A DNA stretch of 64,000 nt, taken from NCBI GenBank assembly GCA_963843145.1, contig CAWJJC010000006.1, forward strand, positions 32,001 through 96,000, in the 5' to 3' direction. The stretch's first letter is position 1, and every line of letters starts with the position of its first letter. The DNA comes from an uncultured delta proteobacterium. Lineage in GTDB: Bacteria > Desulfobacterota > RBG-13-43-22. The position numbers and the translations under genes were made by a program. A model generated the notes under the pieces. The model was not told the DNA's origin. It saw only the letters and a list, made by a program, of their open reading frames with translations, and did no database searches. Shown one piece after another: positions 18,806 through 28,806 of the stretch.

Positions 18806-21585
18806 GGTGCCGGGTGAGCTGTCGGCCCGAACAGGTCGAATTCATGGATCGACCAATAGTAGGTTGGATCGGACCCCTGTTGTTCCAGCCGCACATAACG
18901 GCAGGAAACCGGAGCAAAGAAATAGGTAATCCGATCCCCCCGTTTATTGAAAAAACGGTTCCCGGCCCAATACAGATCAGAGACCCACTGGGTTTCCATG
19001 TTTCGCCAGTTCGTCCCGTCGGATGAAACCCGCAGCTTTAAATCCCGGGGGTAATCCTTAAGGGAATCTTCCAGCCGCAGCGTCATCCTCCGTATGGTTT
19101 CCCTTCGGCCCAGATCCAACTGGAAATATAAGTCGGGTGTCTGGGGTTTAAGAGAGGTCCAGCGCGTTCGGGGGTTTCCGTCCAGGGCCAGGGAGGCCTC
19201 CCGCGGGTTGGCGTTCGCCGAGGCCCGCCATCTCGACCGATCCAAGGGAACCTCGGGGGCTTTCATAAAATGATAGCAAACGCGATAAGGTCCGAAAAAT
19301 TTCTGTTGGAAGGTGACCCCGTACTCGGCGAGCATTTCTTCAATCTCAGGCATTTCGGTTTGATCGATAACCACCGCTGTGGTTGGGGTGAGTTCCAGGA
19401 AATCAATAAAATCCGGAGGGGGAACCACTTCTCCGTTATCTCCCAAAAAGTGATTGGACCCCACGGTCGAAATGGTCCCTCTGCTCTCAACCTGGATCAG
19501 GGCGGATAGCCAGTGGTCTCCATAGGCCTGGTTAACTCCCTGCTCTTGGAGGAAAGCCACCAAACCCTGAATGGGTCCTTCCCCGACGGCGATTCTTTTA
19601 TTCGCCCCGGCGGTGCGGTACACCAGGAGTTCGCGGATGGACCAATAATAATCCGGTCGGCCCTGGGTTAAGGTTATCTTCAGGAAACGGGCGGGGACGG
19701 GATCAAAGGTGGCCTCCACCCGACCCCGCCGGATCTTGATCATGGGACCGGGTCCGGACCAGAAAAAAGGACCGACATAGTCCGCCACCCGGGTTACGAC
19801 CTGCCATTTTTTTCCAGTCGCCGACACCTCGATTTGATAGCCGGCCGGAATATGGCGATAACTGCCCGGCCACCAACTGACTTTATTTATTGATTCAGTC
19901 CGGCCTAAATCTAAAAGAAAAAAAACTCCCGCTTTCTGAGGGCTGAACCAGGCGCTTTCCACATCTCCGTCGAAGGCGGCCCGCGTCAGGAGGTGTTCCC
20001 GGTTGGCCGTGGCCGACCACCCGCGCCTGCTTAAAGGGAGAAAAGGACCGGGGGGAGGAATGAAATCCGTATAAAGGTCAAAAGCGGGAGTAGGCATTGA
20101 TTTTCGGCAGCCGCCGCCCAAGGCTTTCAGGTTATCCACCCAGAGGGAATCAGGTCGGGGGTATAAATAGGCCGGTCGGTCCGTGCTGTCTACCCACTGG
20201 GCATAGCGCAGATAAACGGCCTGGTAGGGATCAACGGCGATCATTTTTTCCCCGGAGAGAAAGGTAAGTCGGTTAGGATAATAGGGACTGTAAATTCTTT
20301 GGATCCCCTTTTCCGTGATGGCCCGGATTAAGGCCGAATCGGCATTCTTCCGCTGGGCAACGGCCTGGCGTTGTTCCGGGACCAGGAAGGGCCAGCTCGG
20401 CTTTATAAGGGACCCCCAACAATTAACCCCGAGGAGCAGACCCAGGAGAACCAGTCCGCCCAGCAGAGATTTAGAGGTGGTTTTATCGATAAAAAGAGCC
20501 AAAAAGAAGGGAATGCTGGTGTAATAGGGAAGGAAATATTTGGGGTCATAATCGCTGAGTCGGACGTTGAAAACCGTCAGCAGATTAATGGCGACCGTAG
20601 CGAGCAGGGTCAACAGCAGTAAGGCCGTCCCCTGGGACTTTCGATTGGGAGGTCCAAAAAGCCCGGCCAGGCCGTCTCCTCTATTCATCAGGCTGGAGGC
20701 TAAAGCCAGGCCCAGGAGGGTCAGGAAGACGACGAAAGGAATAATCTTGCCGGGTTCCGAAGTGAAGGGATACGGAATTCCCCCCAGTATCGGCAGCGCA
20801 TTACCAAAAAAGTCAACAGCGATAATTTTCCAGTCAGGCCAGACAATCAGCCGGAGAATCTGGAGGCCGGAATCCGGGTGCCGCGCCTGATAAAGAAACT
20901 GGGGTAGACCTCCCAGAAGAAAAAAGATGATCACTAAGAAAAAAGAAGGGCGCAGGGGAAGTTTTTTATCGAAGAGCCAGAGAAAAAAGAAAGCCGGCAA
21001 AAGATAACAAACGATGAGATGATTAGTCCACCAGCCCAGCCCGGCCATCAGTCCCAGGAAGATCAGTTGCCGGGAGCGTTCTTCCGGCTTTGATTTCTGA
21101 TAAATAATTCTGGAAACCAGCACTAACAGCATGCTGCCGAAGATCAGGGTCAGCGGATAATGAGATCGGGCTTCATGAGTCCAATCCAGATAGAAGGAGG
21201 GCGGAAGGGCCAGGTAAAGGAGGGCCAGCAGCACCACCTTTTCGGGGAAAAAGGTCCGTCCCAGTTGCCGGATCAAAAAGAGAAAAAGGAAAGAAAGCAT
21301 AACCGGGAGCAGCTCCAGGACCCAGGCCTGGGGACCGAGGCCGAGAACCAGCACAGCGCTCAAATAGGCCTCCAGGGACCCCATGAAATTCTGCCCATAA
21401 AAAAAAACCGGGAATTCACCGGCCAGGACCCGCAGGCTCATGATCCCGATGACCGATTCATCGCCCCCTAACTCCGCGGTCAGCAAGGGGATCGCTCGGG
21501 CCGCCAGGGCAATTAAAAAGATGCCGGCATAGGCCAGCATTTTTTTATTCAAGGGACGAGGCCCCGGAAGAATGCTCGCTTTCAT
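18802..21585 (-). CDS. GT-C fold (PMT/ArnT-like) membrane glycosyltransferase with two F5/8 type C (discoidin) domains
   Basis: DE motif in the first loop, multiple TM helices, two repeats of W.A.AN...A.DG...W.S...LDLG...WSI.E. Confidence 0.75.
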   Translation of the reverse strand: MKASILPGPRPLNKKMLAYAGIFLIALAARAIPLLTAELGGDESVIGIMSLRVLAGEFPVFFYGQNFMGSLEAYLSAVLVLGLGPQAWVLELLPVMLSFLFLFLIRQLGRTFFPEKVVLLALLYLALPPSFYLDWTHEARSHYPLTLIFGSMLLVLVSRIIYQKSKPEERSRQLIFLGLMAGLGWWTNHLIVCYLLPAFFFLWLFDKKLPLRPSFFLVIIFFLLGGLPQFLYQARHPDSGLQILRLIVWPDWKIIAVDFFGNALPILGGIPYPFTSEPGKIIPFVVFLTLLGLALASSLMNRGDGLAGLFGPPNRKSQGTALLLLTLLATVAINLLTVFNVRLSDYDPKYFLPYYTSIPFFLALFIDKTTSKSLLGGLVLLGLLLGVNCWGSLIKPSWPFLVPEQRQAVAQRKNADSALIRAITEKGIQRIYSPYYPNRLTFLSGEKMIAVDPYQAVYLRYAQWVDSTDRPAYLYPRPDSLWVDNLKALGGGCRKSMPTPAFDLYTDFIPPPGPFLPLSRRGWSATANREHLLTRAAFDGDVESAWFSPQKAGVFFLLDLGRTESINKVSWWPGSYRHIPAGYQIEVSATGKKWQVVTRVADYVGPFFWSGPGPMIKIRRGRVEATFDPVPARFLKITLTQGRPDYYWSIRELLVYRTAGANKRIAVGEGPIQGLVAFLQEQGVNQAYGDHWLSALIQVESRGTISTVGSNHFLGDNGEVVPPPDFIDFLELTPTTAVVIDQTEMPEIEEMLAEYGVTFQQKFFGPYRVCYHFMKAPEVPLDRSRWRASANANPREASLALDGNPRTRWTSLKPQTPDLYFQLDLGRRETIRRMTLRLEDSLKDYPRDLKLRVSSDGTNWRNMETQWVSDLYWAGNRFFNKRGDRITYFFAPVSCRYVRLEQQGSDPTYYWSIHEFDLFGPTAHPAP

Positions 21586-21885
21586 CAGTGGACCAGAATA
21601 AGGTGGGATGGCTTCGCTTTGGCGAATATCGGCAAAACGGGCTGAGACCCCCCGGAATACGGTGTCCGTTTTTCCGATTTGACGTTGGTAATGACGATCT
21701 CCTTATCAATGAGAGGAGTATAAAATAAGCCTAATGGGGTGGGCAAGGAGAAAAATCAAGGATGGCTAGGGGACTTAGGAGGTGTGGGTTTGATCCGTCT
21801 GAAGATAGGAGGGTCGGATAGCGTTTGTTGAATCCAAATAGTTTTCGAACCGGCACCAGCGGTTCACTCCCGCTCCACTCCTGGC

Positions 21886-22377
21886 TCACTCAGACCTAGC
21901 GTCGGCGCCATGCTCAGAAAGCTGAGCCCCAAACCAGCGATGCAGTGCTGTTAACAAGTGGAGATCGGTCGTTTTAAACGTAATTTCAGCCCCCAAGGGC
22001 AGCACGGCATACGAGACCTTGATAGCGGATGCTCCAGCTTGAAGGTCCTTGAGTCCCGGCATGTCTGCCCCATGCAGTTTCGCCGGGTCTGAATAATCGC
22101 CCTGTTGAAACCTCTCCGCCTCGTGCCGGAGATGCTGTTGAATGAGGGCAATCTGATCAGAAGCGCCGGGGTCTTTGGCGAGGATTCTTTGCACACCGCC
22201 AGACTCAGTCATTTTGAAGATGTGGACGGTCTTTGACATAGCGAAAGGCATGACGCTTGGCGCCATTTGGTGCACCTGCTCTTGTCGGGTTCCGGCAAAC
22301 ACATTGGCGCTACCCATCAAGAGCAGGATGGCGACCCCCAGGGCCGGAAAGGCGGAATTTCGTAAATGCTCGTTCAT
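21886..22377 (-). CDS. Secreted hypothetical protein, His/Met-containing
   Basis: Signal peptide; VMPF...HIF...LHG..MPG...ALH.WF..Q..EHG; RBS AGGAG. Confidence 0.7.
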   Translation of the reverse strand: MNEHLRNSAFPALGVAILLLMGSANVFAGTRQEQVHQMAPSVMPFAMSKTVHIFKMTESGGVQRILAKDPGASDQIALIQQHLRHEAERFQQGDYSDPAKLHGADMPGLKDLQAGASAIKVSYAVLPLGAEITFKTTDLHLLTALHRWFGAQLSEHGADARSE

Positions 22378-22607
22378 CTGCTTCTCCTAGAAGGTTGTCC
22401 GCGAGAATATTGAAGGCCAATAAGCTAATTAAGTAGTCTTCCCGATGTCTACCTAAGATGTTCTTTAGGGTAAAATAACTATAGCCTATTAGCTCTAATT
22501 TGGCTATTAATCTTTCAAACCGGTGGGTCCCAGCCCTTTTTTTAAATTTTCCCTGAGGGAAGAGTAGGGGGAGATCGATCTGCTTATGAGGGAGTTAATA
22601 GCGAAAT

Positions 22608-23972
22608 CTAATTTTTCGCCTTTCTTTTCAGTAAATTAGCGGCGATCAGCAGGGGATCCCAGACCGGGCTGAAGGGCGGGGCATAGGCCAGGTCCAGCCG
22701 GGAGATCTCCTCCAGGGTCATTTCATTATAAAGGGCCACGGCCAACATATTGATCTTGCGGGCTTCGCCGTCCCGGCCGATCCAGTTCCCTCCCAGGATT
22801 CTCCCGGAAGCTGAATCCGCCACGATTTTGAGCAATGAAGACTGAACCCCGGGGTAGATGCCCACCCGGGAATTGGCCTCCACCACCTGACTGATAGCAG
22901 GATAGCCCAACTTTTTGGCCTGGGCCTCCGATATTCCCGCCAGGCCGATCTCCAGGTTGAAAACCTTGACGCAGGCGGCGCCCACGATGCCGTGAAATTG
23001 CGACCGGCCGCCCACGGCATTTTCCCCGGCTACCCGTCCTTCCTTGTTGGCAATATCCCCCAGGGGGACTAAGACCGGCTTCCCGGTGACCCGGTGAAAT
23101 TTTTCGCAGCAGTCACCGGCTGAAAAAACAAGGGGGTCGTTGGTCAGCATCCGGTCGTTGACCTGGATGCCGCCGGTCTCTCCCAGGACGATCCCGGCCT
23201 GGCGGGCGATTTCACTGTTTGGCTGAACCCCGATGCCGACAAAAAAAAGGTCGGCCGGAAATGAACCCTGGTCGGTTAGTACCTGCACGGCCTGATTACC
23301 TCGGGTCTCAAAGGCTTGTGGGTTGACCCGACCCAGGAAGGCCACCCCCCGGGCTTGCAGTTCATCCACGATGATCGGTCCCAGTTCCGGCTCCAGGCCG
23401 CTGTAGGGGTAGTCGCCGCGGTAGAGGATGGTGGTTTCCACCCCACGCTCCCGCAGGGCTTCGGCCACTTCCAGGGAGATGTAGCCGGCCCCGATGATGA
23501 CTGCCCGTCCAGGCCGCTGCCGGTCGATAAAACGACGGATTCGGATCCCGTCGGCCAACTCCTTGAGCGTGAAGATATTTTCCGCCTCCTCGCCGGGGAT
23601 CCCCAATTTCCGGGAACGGGCGCCGGTGGCGATGATCAGCCGGTCGTAGGACAGGGTGCTTTCCTGTCCGCTGGCTTGATTCCGAACCTGAACCCGGCCG
23701 TTGGCCCGATCAATGGATAGGGCCTGGTGGTTCAGCCGGACGTCGATCCGCTGCTTGCTCCGAAATTCCTCCGGGGTGCGGGCGATCAGTTCCGTGTGGT
23801 CCTTGATTACATCACCGATGTAATAGGGCAGCTCTCAGGAGCCGACGGAGACAAAGGCTCCCTTTTCCAGCATGGTAATATTGGCCGCGGACGCTTTCCG
23901 CCGGGCGCTGCTGGCCGCCGTGGGTCCGGCCGCCGACCCGCCGATGATCAGGATTTCCAGCTTATTGGTCAT
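22608..23972 (-). CDS. FAD-dependent CoA-disulfide reductase/NADH oxidase family protein, probable selenoprotein (Sec46)
   Basis: True start ATG 23972 (RBS GAGGAGGG): MTNKLEILIIGGSAAGPTAA...FVSVGS-TGA-ELPYYIG...YDRLIIATG. The TGA at 23835-23837 occupies the redox-Cys position of SxxxCxLPY. GAGYISLE, AGDC and LAYAPPFS follow. Confidence 0.88.
23806..23824 (-). promoter_or_regulatory. Putative bacterial SECIS hairpin
   Basis: mRNA AUUACAUC-GGU-GAUGUAAU: perfect 8-bp stem with G-containing loop, starting 10 nt after the UGA. Confidence 0.7.
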
Positions 23973-24019
23973 TAGTAAGGCCCTCCTCTATGCATAACCT
24001 CGCAAATAACAGAATCTTT

Positions 24020-24171
24020 AAACTCGAAATCCGAAGCACGAAATCCGAAACAAATTCAAATGACCTAAATTCAAAACATTTATTCCTGATGATGGGGTAT
24101 GAGGTTTTGATCATTTGGATTTTGAGCGTTCGAGTTTGTTTCGGATTTCGAGTTTTGAATTTCGGATTTAG
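24020..24171. repeat. Heptamer-periodic inverted repeat element (CGAAAT(C/T) arms)
   Basis: Left arm CGAAATCCGAAGCACGAAATCCGAAACAAATTC pairs imperfectly with right arm TTTGTTTCGGATTTCGAGTTTTGAATTTCGGATTT. Confidence 0.8.
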
Positions 24172-24190
24172 GCTTCTAATTCGCGGGAGG

Positions 24191-25531
24191 TCAGCTTATT
24201 AAAAGGATGTGTACATCCATCACATTGGTGCCGGTAGGACCGGTGATCACCAGACCGCCGGCCTCTTCAAAGAAATGATAGGAATCGTTATTCTCCAGCA
24301 TTTTTTTCAGGGGAATCCCCTTTTTCAAGGCTCGGGTCGAGGTCCGGCCGTCCACGATCGCTCCGGCCGCTGCCGTCGGTCCGTCGCTGCCGTCGGTGCC
24401 GGCGCTCAGAAAAACGGTTTTCGGCAGTCCCTCAATCTCCAGAGCGACGGCCAGGGCCAATTCCATATTTCGGCCGCCCAGCCCCTGACCTTTGACGGTT
24501 ACCGTGGGCTCCCCGCCGGCGATCAGACAGACCGGTGGTTTTAAGGGGTGACCGGAAAGCTGAATTTCTTTGGCCAGTGCCCCGTAAAATTTGGCCAGTT
24601 CCCGGGCTTCACCCTGGACCTGGGAGGTCAGCACCAGGGGAGTGAAGCCGAAGGCCCTGGCGCTGTTGGCGGCGGCCGTCAAGGCGGAGCGATTGCGGGC
24701 CAGAATAAAATTCCGAACCCTGCGGAAGCAGGAGTCCCCGGGCTTGGGGGTCTCTACCGCCCGTCCGTGGATTCCGGCCTTCAGGTGGTTGACGATCGTC
24801 CGGGATCCGGCCTTCAACAATCGGTATTTATCCAGGACCCCCCAGGCTTCCTGGAAAGTCGAGGGGTCGGGAACAAAAGGACCGGACCCGATGCTGTCCA
24901 TTGGATCTCCCACCACGTCGGAGATGATCAGGTTGATTACGGTGGCCGGATAGGCCAGTTTGGCTAACTGCCCGCCCTTGGTTTGGGAAATATGCTTCCG
25001 GACCATGTTGATTTCCTGAATGGTGGCCCCTGAACGGAGGAGCAGGGCGGTTAATCCTTGTTTCTCTTTCAACGTGATGGACGGCGTGGGGGCCGGCAAC
25101 AGGGCCGAACACCCCCCAGAGGTAAGAAAAAGAATCAGGTCTTCGGGACGGCTTTGTTTAAGCAGAGATATCATGGACCTGGCGCCCCTCAGGCCGGCGG
25201 CGTCCGGCAAGGGATGACCGGCCTCTAAAATCTGAATACGGGATAATGGACAAGCGTGGCCGTATTTGGTAATGACCAGTCCCGAGTCGATCCGGGCGCC
25301 CAAAATCGCTTCGCAGGCCTCCGCCATCCGGGCCGAGGCCTTGCCGGCGCCCAGCACGATGATCTTTTTATAGGCTCGCAGATCGTAGTGTTGGACCTTT
25401 CCTAAATCTTCCTGGATGGTCAGGGTTTGTCCTCGAAGGAGGACTTGCCTGGGGAAAAAATTATGGGGAACCACCGCCGCTATGGCGCCCTTAAGGATTC
25501 GGTTGGTCTGGGAGAGAAGCGTCTTGATCAT
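24191..25531 (-). CDS. Glycerate 2-kinase (TtuD/MOFRL family)
   Basis: GAGKAS, EAGHPLPD, SGGCSAL, SDVVGD, GGEPTV, GGRN, GTDGSDG, TGTNVMD. Confidence 0.93.
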   Translation of the reverse strand: MIKTLLSQTNRILKGAIAAVVPHNFFPRQVLLRGQTLTIQEDLGKVQHYDLRAYKKIIVLGAGKASARMAEACEAILGARIDSGLVITKYGHACPLSRIQILEAGHPLPDAAGLRGARSMISLLKQSRPEDLILFLTSGGCSALLPAPTPSITLKEKQGLTALLLRSGATIQEINMVRKHISQTKGGQLAKLAYPATVINLIISDVVGDPMDSIGSGPFVPDPSTFQEAWGVLDKYRLLKAGSRTIVNHLKAGIHGRAVETPKPGDSCFRRVRNFILARNRSALTAAANSARAFGFTPLVLTSQVQGEARELAKFYGALAKEIQLSGHPLKPPVCLIAGGEPTVTVKGQGLGGRNMELALAVALEIEGLPKTVFLSAGTDGSDGPTAAAGAIVDGRTSTRALKKGIPLKKMLENNDSYHFFEEAGGLVITGPTGTNVMDVHILLIS

Positions 25532-25720
25532 GAAGGTAAATTTACTTTCAATATTACTTTACCATGATCCAGCCACCAAATCAACTGTCCACCGGCGGTG
25601 CCTTGGTCCTGAACTCCCCGGCCCGGGCGGGTACCCACTAAGGACGCCCCGGGCCGGCGGATTATCATTGAAAAAGATAAGCATTTGATGCTAAATAAGT
25701 CATCCCTTGGCGAGGTTATC

Positions 25721-28321
25721 ATGATTGACCTGATGGGTTTTTTAAAAAAACGGAAAGAGGGGAAGCTCCAAAAGGCGGAAAGGGAAATCGAGGTCGTCCG
25801 CCAGGCTTTCACCCAGCGGTACCTGAATTTCAAATCTCTGCTGAGCACCAACGATAAGGTCCTGGAAATAATCAACGAGCTGGAACAGGCCCTCCAGAGT
25901 CACCGCGGTTTCGGCATGTCCTTTGTCCGGGCGAATTGCACCGCCCTATCGGTCAACCTTTTTAAGATCATTCAGAACCTGAACGCGATCACCGCTAACC
26001 GCTATCCGGAGTTGTTTGAGGTCTTCCAGGGGGTCTGGGAAGAAATCGATCGGGAGCTGAAACATATAAAGCCCGTGGCCGAAGGGGAACTGGTCCTGCC
26101 CCTGGAAACGATCAACCGGGACTGGATAGGGCAGGTGGGCGGTAAGATGGCCAACCTGGGGGAAATTAGGAATCGCCTGGGTTTCCCTGTGCCGGAGGGT
26201 TTTGCCGTTACCACCGCGGCCTACCAGTATTTTATCAACGCCAATCAGCTTCAGGAAGAGATCAACCGTCGTTTCCAGTTGCTGGAGGGGAATGATCTGG
26301 CCCGGCTCCATGAGACCAGCGCCGAAATCCAGAAGCTGATTACCGGCGCCCCGCTGCCTCCCGACCTGGAAGCAGGCATCCTGGAGGCTTACCGGCAGTT
26401 AGCGGAGAAGGCGGGCCGGCCCATTAACGTCTCCATGCGGAGCAGCGCTCTGGGCGAGGACGCCCAGGAGGCCTCCTTTGCCGGGCAGTACCGTTCCCTA
26501 TTGAATGTCAGTGCGGAATTCCTGCTCCTTTCCTATAAAGAGGTGGTGGCCAGCAAATATTCGGTCCCGGCCATGACCTACCGCCTGAACAAAGGCTACC
26601 ATGATGAAGACATCCTCATGTCCGTGGGCTGTATGGTCATGGTCCCCGCCTCGACGTCGGGGGTCATGTATTCGGCCGATCCGGGGGATGTCCTTCAGGA
26701 ACAGGTGGTCATCAATGCCGTCTGGGGGTTGGGCAAATCGGTGGTGGACGGGAGCAGCACCCCGGATCTTTATCTCCTCAGTAAGCAGGACCCCCCCCGA
26801 ATCCTAAAAAAAGAAATCCATCCCAAGACCCAGCAATTCGTTTGTCAACCCGAGGAAGGCATCGAACTGCTGCCCGTAGCCGAGGCGGATCGGGAGATCC
26901 AGGCCATTAGCGATGAACAGGCCGTCGCCTTGGCCGAACTGGCCTTAAAGCTGGAAAGTCACTTTGGCGGCCCCCAGGATATCGAATGGGTTTTTGAACG
27001 GGACGGCTCGGTTAAAATCATGCAAAGCCGGCCTCTGATGATCCTGGACCAGACAGCCAGGGCGGGCCATGAACTCCCCCCGGAAGGGATTGATCTGCCC
27101 GTTTTGCTCAACGGCGGGGTTTCGGCCAGTCCGGGGGTGGCCTGCGGCCCGGCCTTTCTGGTGGATTCTACGGTAGATATGCTTCAATTTCCGGAGGGGG
27201 CCGTTTTGGTCACCCGCAACCCTTTACCTCAATGGGCGGCCCTGTTGGGCCGGGCGGCGGCCGTGCTGACGGATCAGGGGGCGGTCACCGGACACCTGGC
27301 CGCTGTGGCCCGCGAATTCCAGGTCCCGGCCCTGATGGGCGCCCTCGAGGCCACCCGGACTATACGCGGCGGGGAGCTGATCACAGTGGACGCCGATGGG
27401 CTGCGCGTCTACGCCGGGCGGGCCGAGGTCCTGATCCGGCGGGCGGCTGAAAAGGTCAGTCCGATGAAAGGCAGTCCGGTGGAACTGACCTTACGCCGGC
27501 TGCTCAGAACTATTGCTCCCTTGACGCTTACCGATCCGGAGGCGGCCAACTTCAGCACCCGGGGATGTGAGACCCTGCACGATATCATCCGTTTTTCTCA
27601 TGAAATGGCCCTTCGGGAGCTTTTTGACGACCAGGGAGAGGTTTCCTTTTCGGAAAAGGTGGCTAAGAAATTAAGCGATGATCTGCCCATGCAGTGGTGG
27701 GTCATCGACCTGGGCGGCGGATTAAAGGAGGGGGTTCAGGGCGAGACGATTCGTTTAAAAGATGTGAAGTGCCTCCCGCTGCTGGCACTCTGGGAGGGCC
27801 TGCAGGCCATTCCCTGGAAAGGTCCGCCGGCCTTAGATACCAAAGGGTTTATGTCCATCCTGGCGGAATCGGCCATGGATAGTTCCCTGGAGGCTGGACT
27901 GGGGACGGGATACGGGGCCAAGAACTATGTCTTGGTGTCTAGGGAATTCTGCCATTTGAGCACCCGACTGGGTTTTCATTTTTCCACGGTGGAGGCCTTC
28001 TTTGGCGAAAAGACGGCCGAGAGCTATGTCTGGTTTTATTTTAAGGGGGGAGGTGCCGACCATTACCGGAAGGAACAGCGAGGACTCCTGATCCAATCCC
28101 TCCTGGAACCGTTTGGTTTCTGGGTCAAGGTCAAGGGGGATATCCTCTCCGCCCGTCTGGAACGGCAGGACCCTGTTCGCCTGAGCCAGGGGTTGAAGGT
28201 CTTGGGGTTCCTGATTCTGCATACCCGGCAACTGGATATGGTCTTGGGCGATCCCGGTAAGGTTCAGGGATACCGGGAACAAATGATCCAGCAGATCAGT
28301 ACTTTTGTGGATGTCAATTGA
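25721..28321 (+). CDS. PEP-synthase-like dikinase paralog 1 (ATP-grasp + phospho-His swivel + unknown C-terminal domain)
   Basis: GGKMANLGEI, RSSALGED, SFAGQY, QDIEW, QSRPL, GAVTGHLAAVARE; no pyruvate-binding TIM-barrel motifs. Start ATG 25721 (RBS GAGGT). Confidence 0.88.
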   Translation: MIDLMGFLKKRKEGKLQKAEREIEVVRQAFTQRYLNFKSLLSTNDKVLEIINELEQALQSHRGFGMSFVRANCTALSVNLFKIIQNLNAITANRYPELFEVFQGVWEEIDRELKHIKPVAEGELVLPLETINRDWIGQVGGKMANLGEIRNRLGFPVPEGFAVTTAAYQYFINANQLQEEINRRFQLLEGNDLARLHETSAEIQKLITGAPLPPDLEAGILEAYRQLAEKAGRPINVSMRSSALGEDAQEASFAGQYRSLLNVSAEFLLLSYKEVVASKYSVPAMTYRLNKGYHDEDILMSVGCMVMVPASTSGVMYSADPGDVLQEQVVINAVWGLGKSVVDGSSTPDLYLLSKQDPPRILKKEIHPKTQQFVCQPEEGIELLPVAEADREIQAISDEQAVALAELALKLESHFGGPQDIEWVFERDGSVKIMQSRPLMILDQTARAGHELPPEGIDLPVLLNGGVSASPGVACGPAFLVDSTVDMLQFPEGAVLVTRNPLPQWAALLGRAAAVLTDQGAVTGHLAAVAREFQVPALMGALEATRTIRGGELITVDADGLRVYAGRAEVLIRRAAEKVSPMKGSPVELTLRRLLRTIAPLTLTDPEAANFSTRGCETLHDIIRFSHEMALRELFDDQGEVSFSEKVAKKLSDDLPMQWWVIDLGGGLKEGVQGETIRLKDVKCLPLLALWEGLQAIPWKGPPALDTKGFMSILAESAMDSSLEAGLGTGYGAKNYVLVSREFCHLSTRLGFHFSTVEAFFGEKTAESYVWFYFKGGGADHYRKEQRGLLIQSLLEPFGFWVKVKGDILSARLERQDPVRLSQGLKVLGFLILHTRQLDMVLGDPGKVQGYREQMIQQISTFVDVN

Positions 28322-28375
28322 AATTATTTGTAATGGGGTTATCCCGCGTCTGGGGATAATCAAGCGAGGTGATCG

Positions 28376-28765
28376 ATGGAAGATATTCGGGTGCTTTTGG
28401 TGGATGATGAAGATGATTTTAGAACGACCCTGGCCAAGCGCCTGCGCAAGCGCCAACTGGAGGTGGCCGAGGCCGAAAGCGGAAGGTCGGCCATCAACCT
28501 CCTCAGACAGGGAACTTTTGATGTGGTGGTTCTGGATGTCCGGATGCCGGGGATGGACGGGATCGAGACTTTGCAGCAGCTCAAAACAATCAATCCCCTG
28601 GTGGAGGTGATCATGCTCACCGGCCACGCCTCAGTGGAATCCGGCATAGAAGGGATGCGCCTGGGGGCTTTCGATTACCTGATGAAACCCTGCGATATAA
28701 ACGACCTGATCAACAAAATCAGGGATGCCTACCAGCGGTTGCTGCTGCAGAAGGAATCGACGTAA
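28376..28765 (+). CDS. Single-domain response regulator
   Basis: VDDE, LDVRMPGMDG, LTGH, KP; no output domain. Confidence 0.93.
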   Translation: MEDIRVLLVDDEDDFRTTLAKRLRKRQLEVAEAESGRSAINLLRQGTFDVVVLDVRMPGMDGIETLQQLKTINPLVEVIMLTGHASVESGIEGMRLGAFDYLMKPCDINDLINKIRDAYQRLLLQKEST

Positions 28766-28806
28766 GATCTGAGCCGTTCCTCTTTCGACAGGCGTCTTTT
28801 TAAAAC

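Noticed and set aside
21585-21692. 35-codon ATT-initiated ORF overlapping the glycosyltransferase start
   Set aside because: Non-canonical start, no recognisable motif, insufficient support.
23835-23837. TGA as a nonsense mutation (pseudogene)
   Set aside because: It falls exactly on the catalytic Cys position and is followed by a SECIS-like hairpin; Sec is the better explanation.
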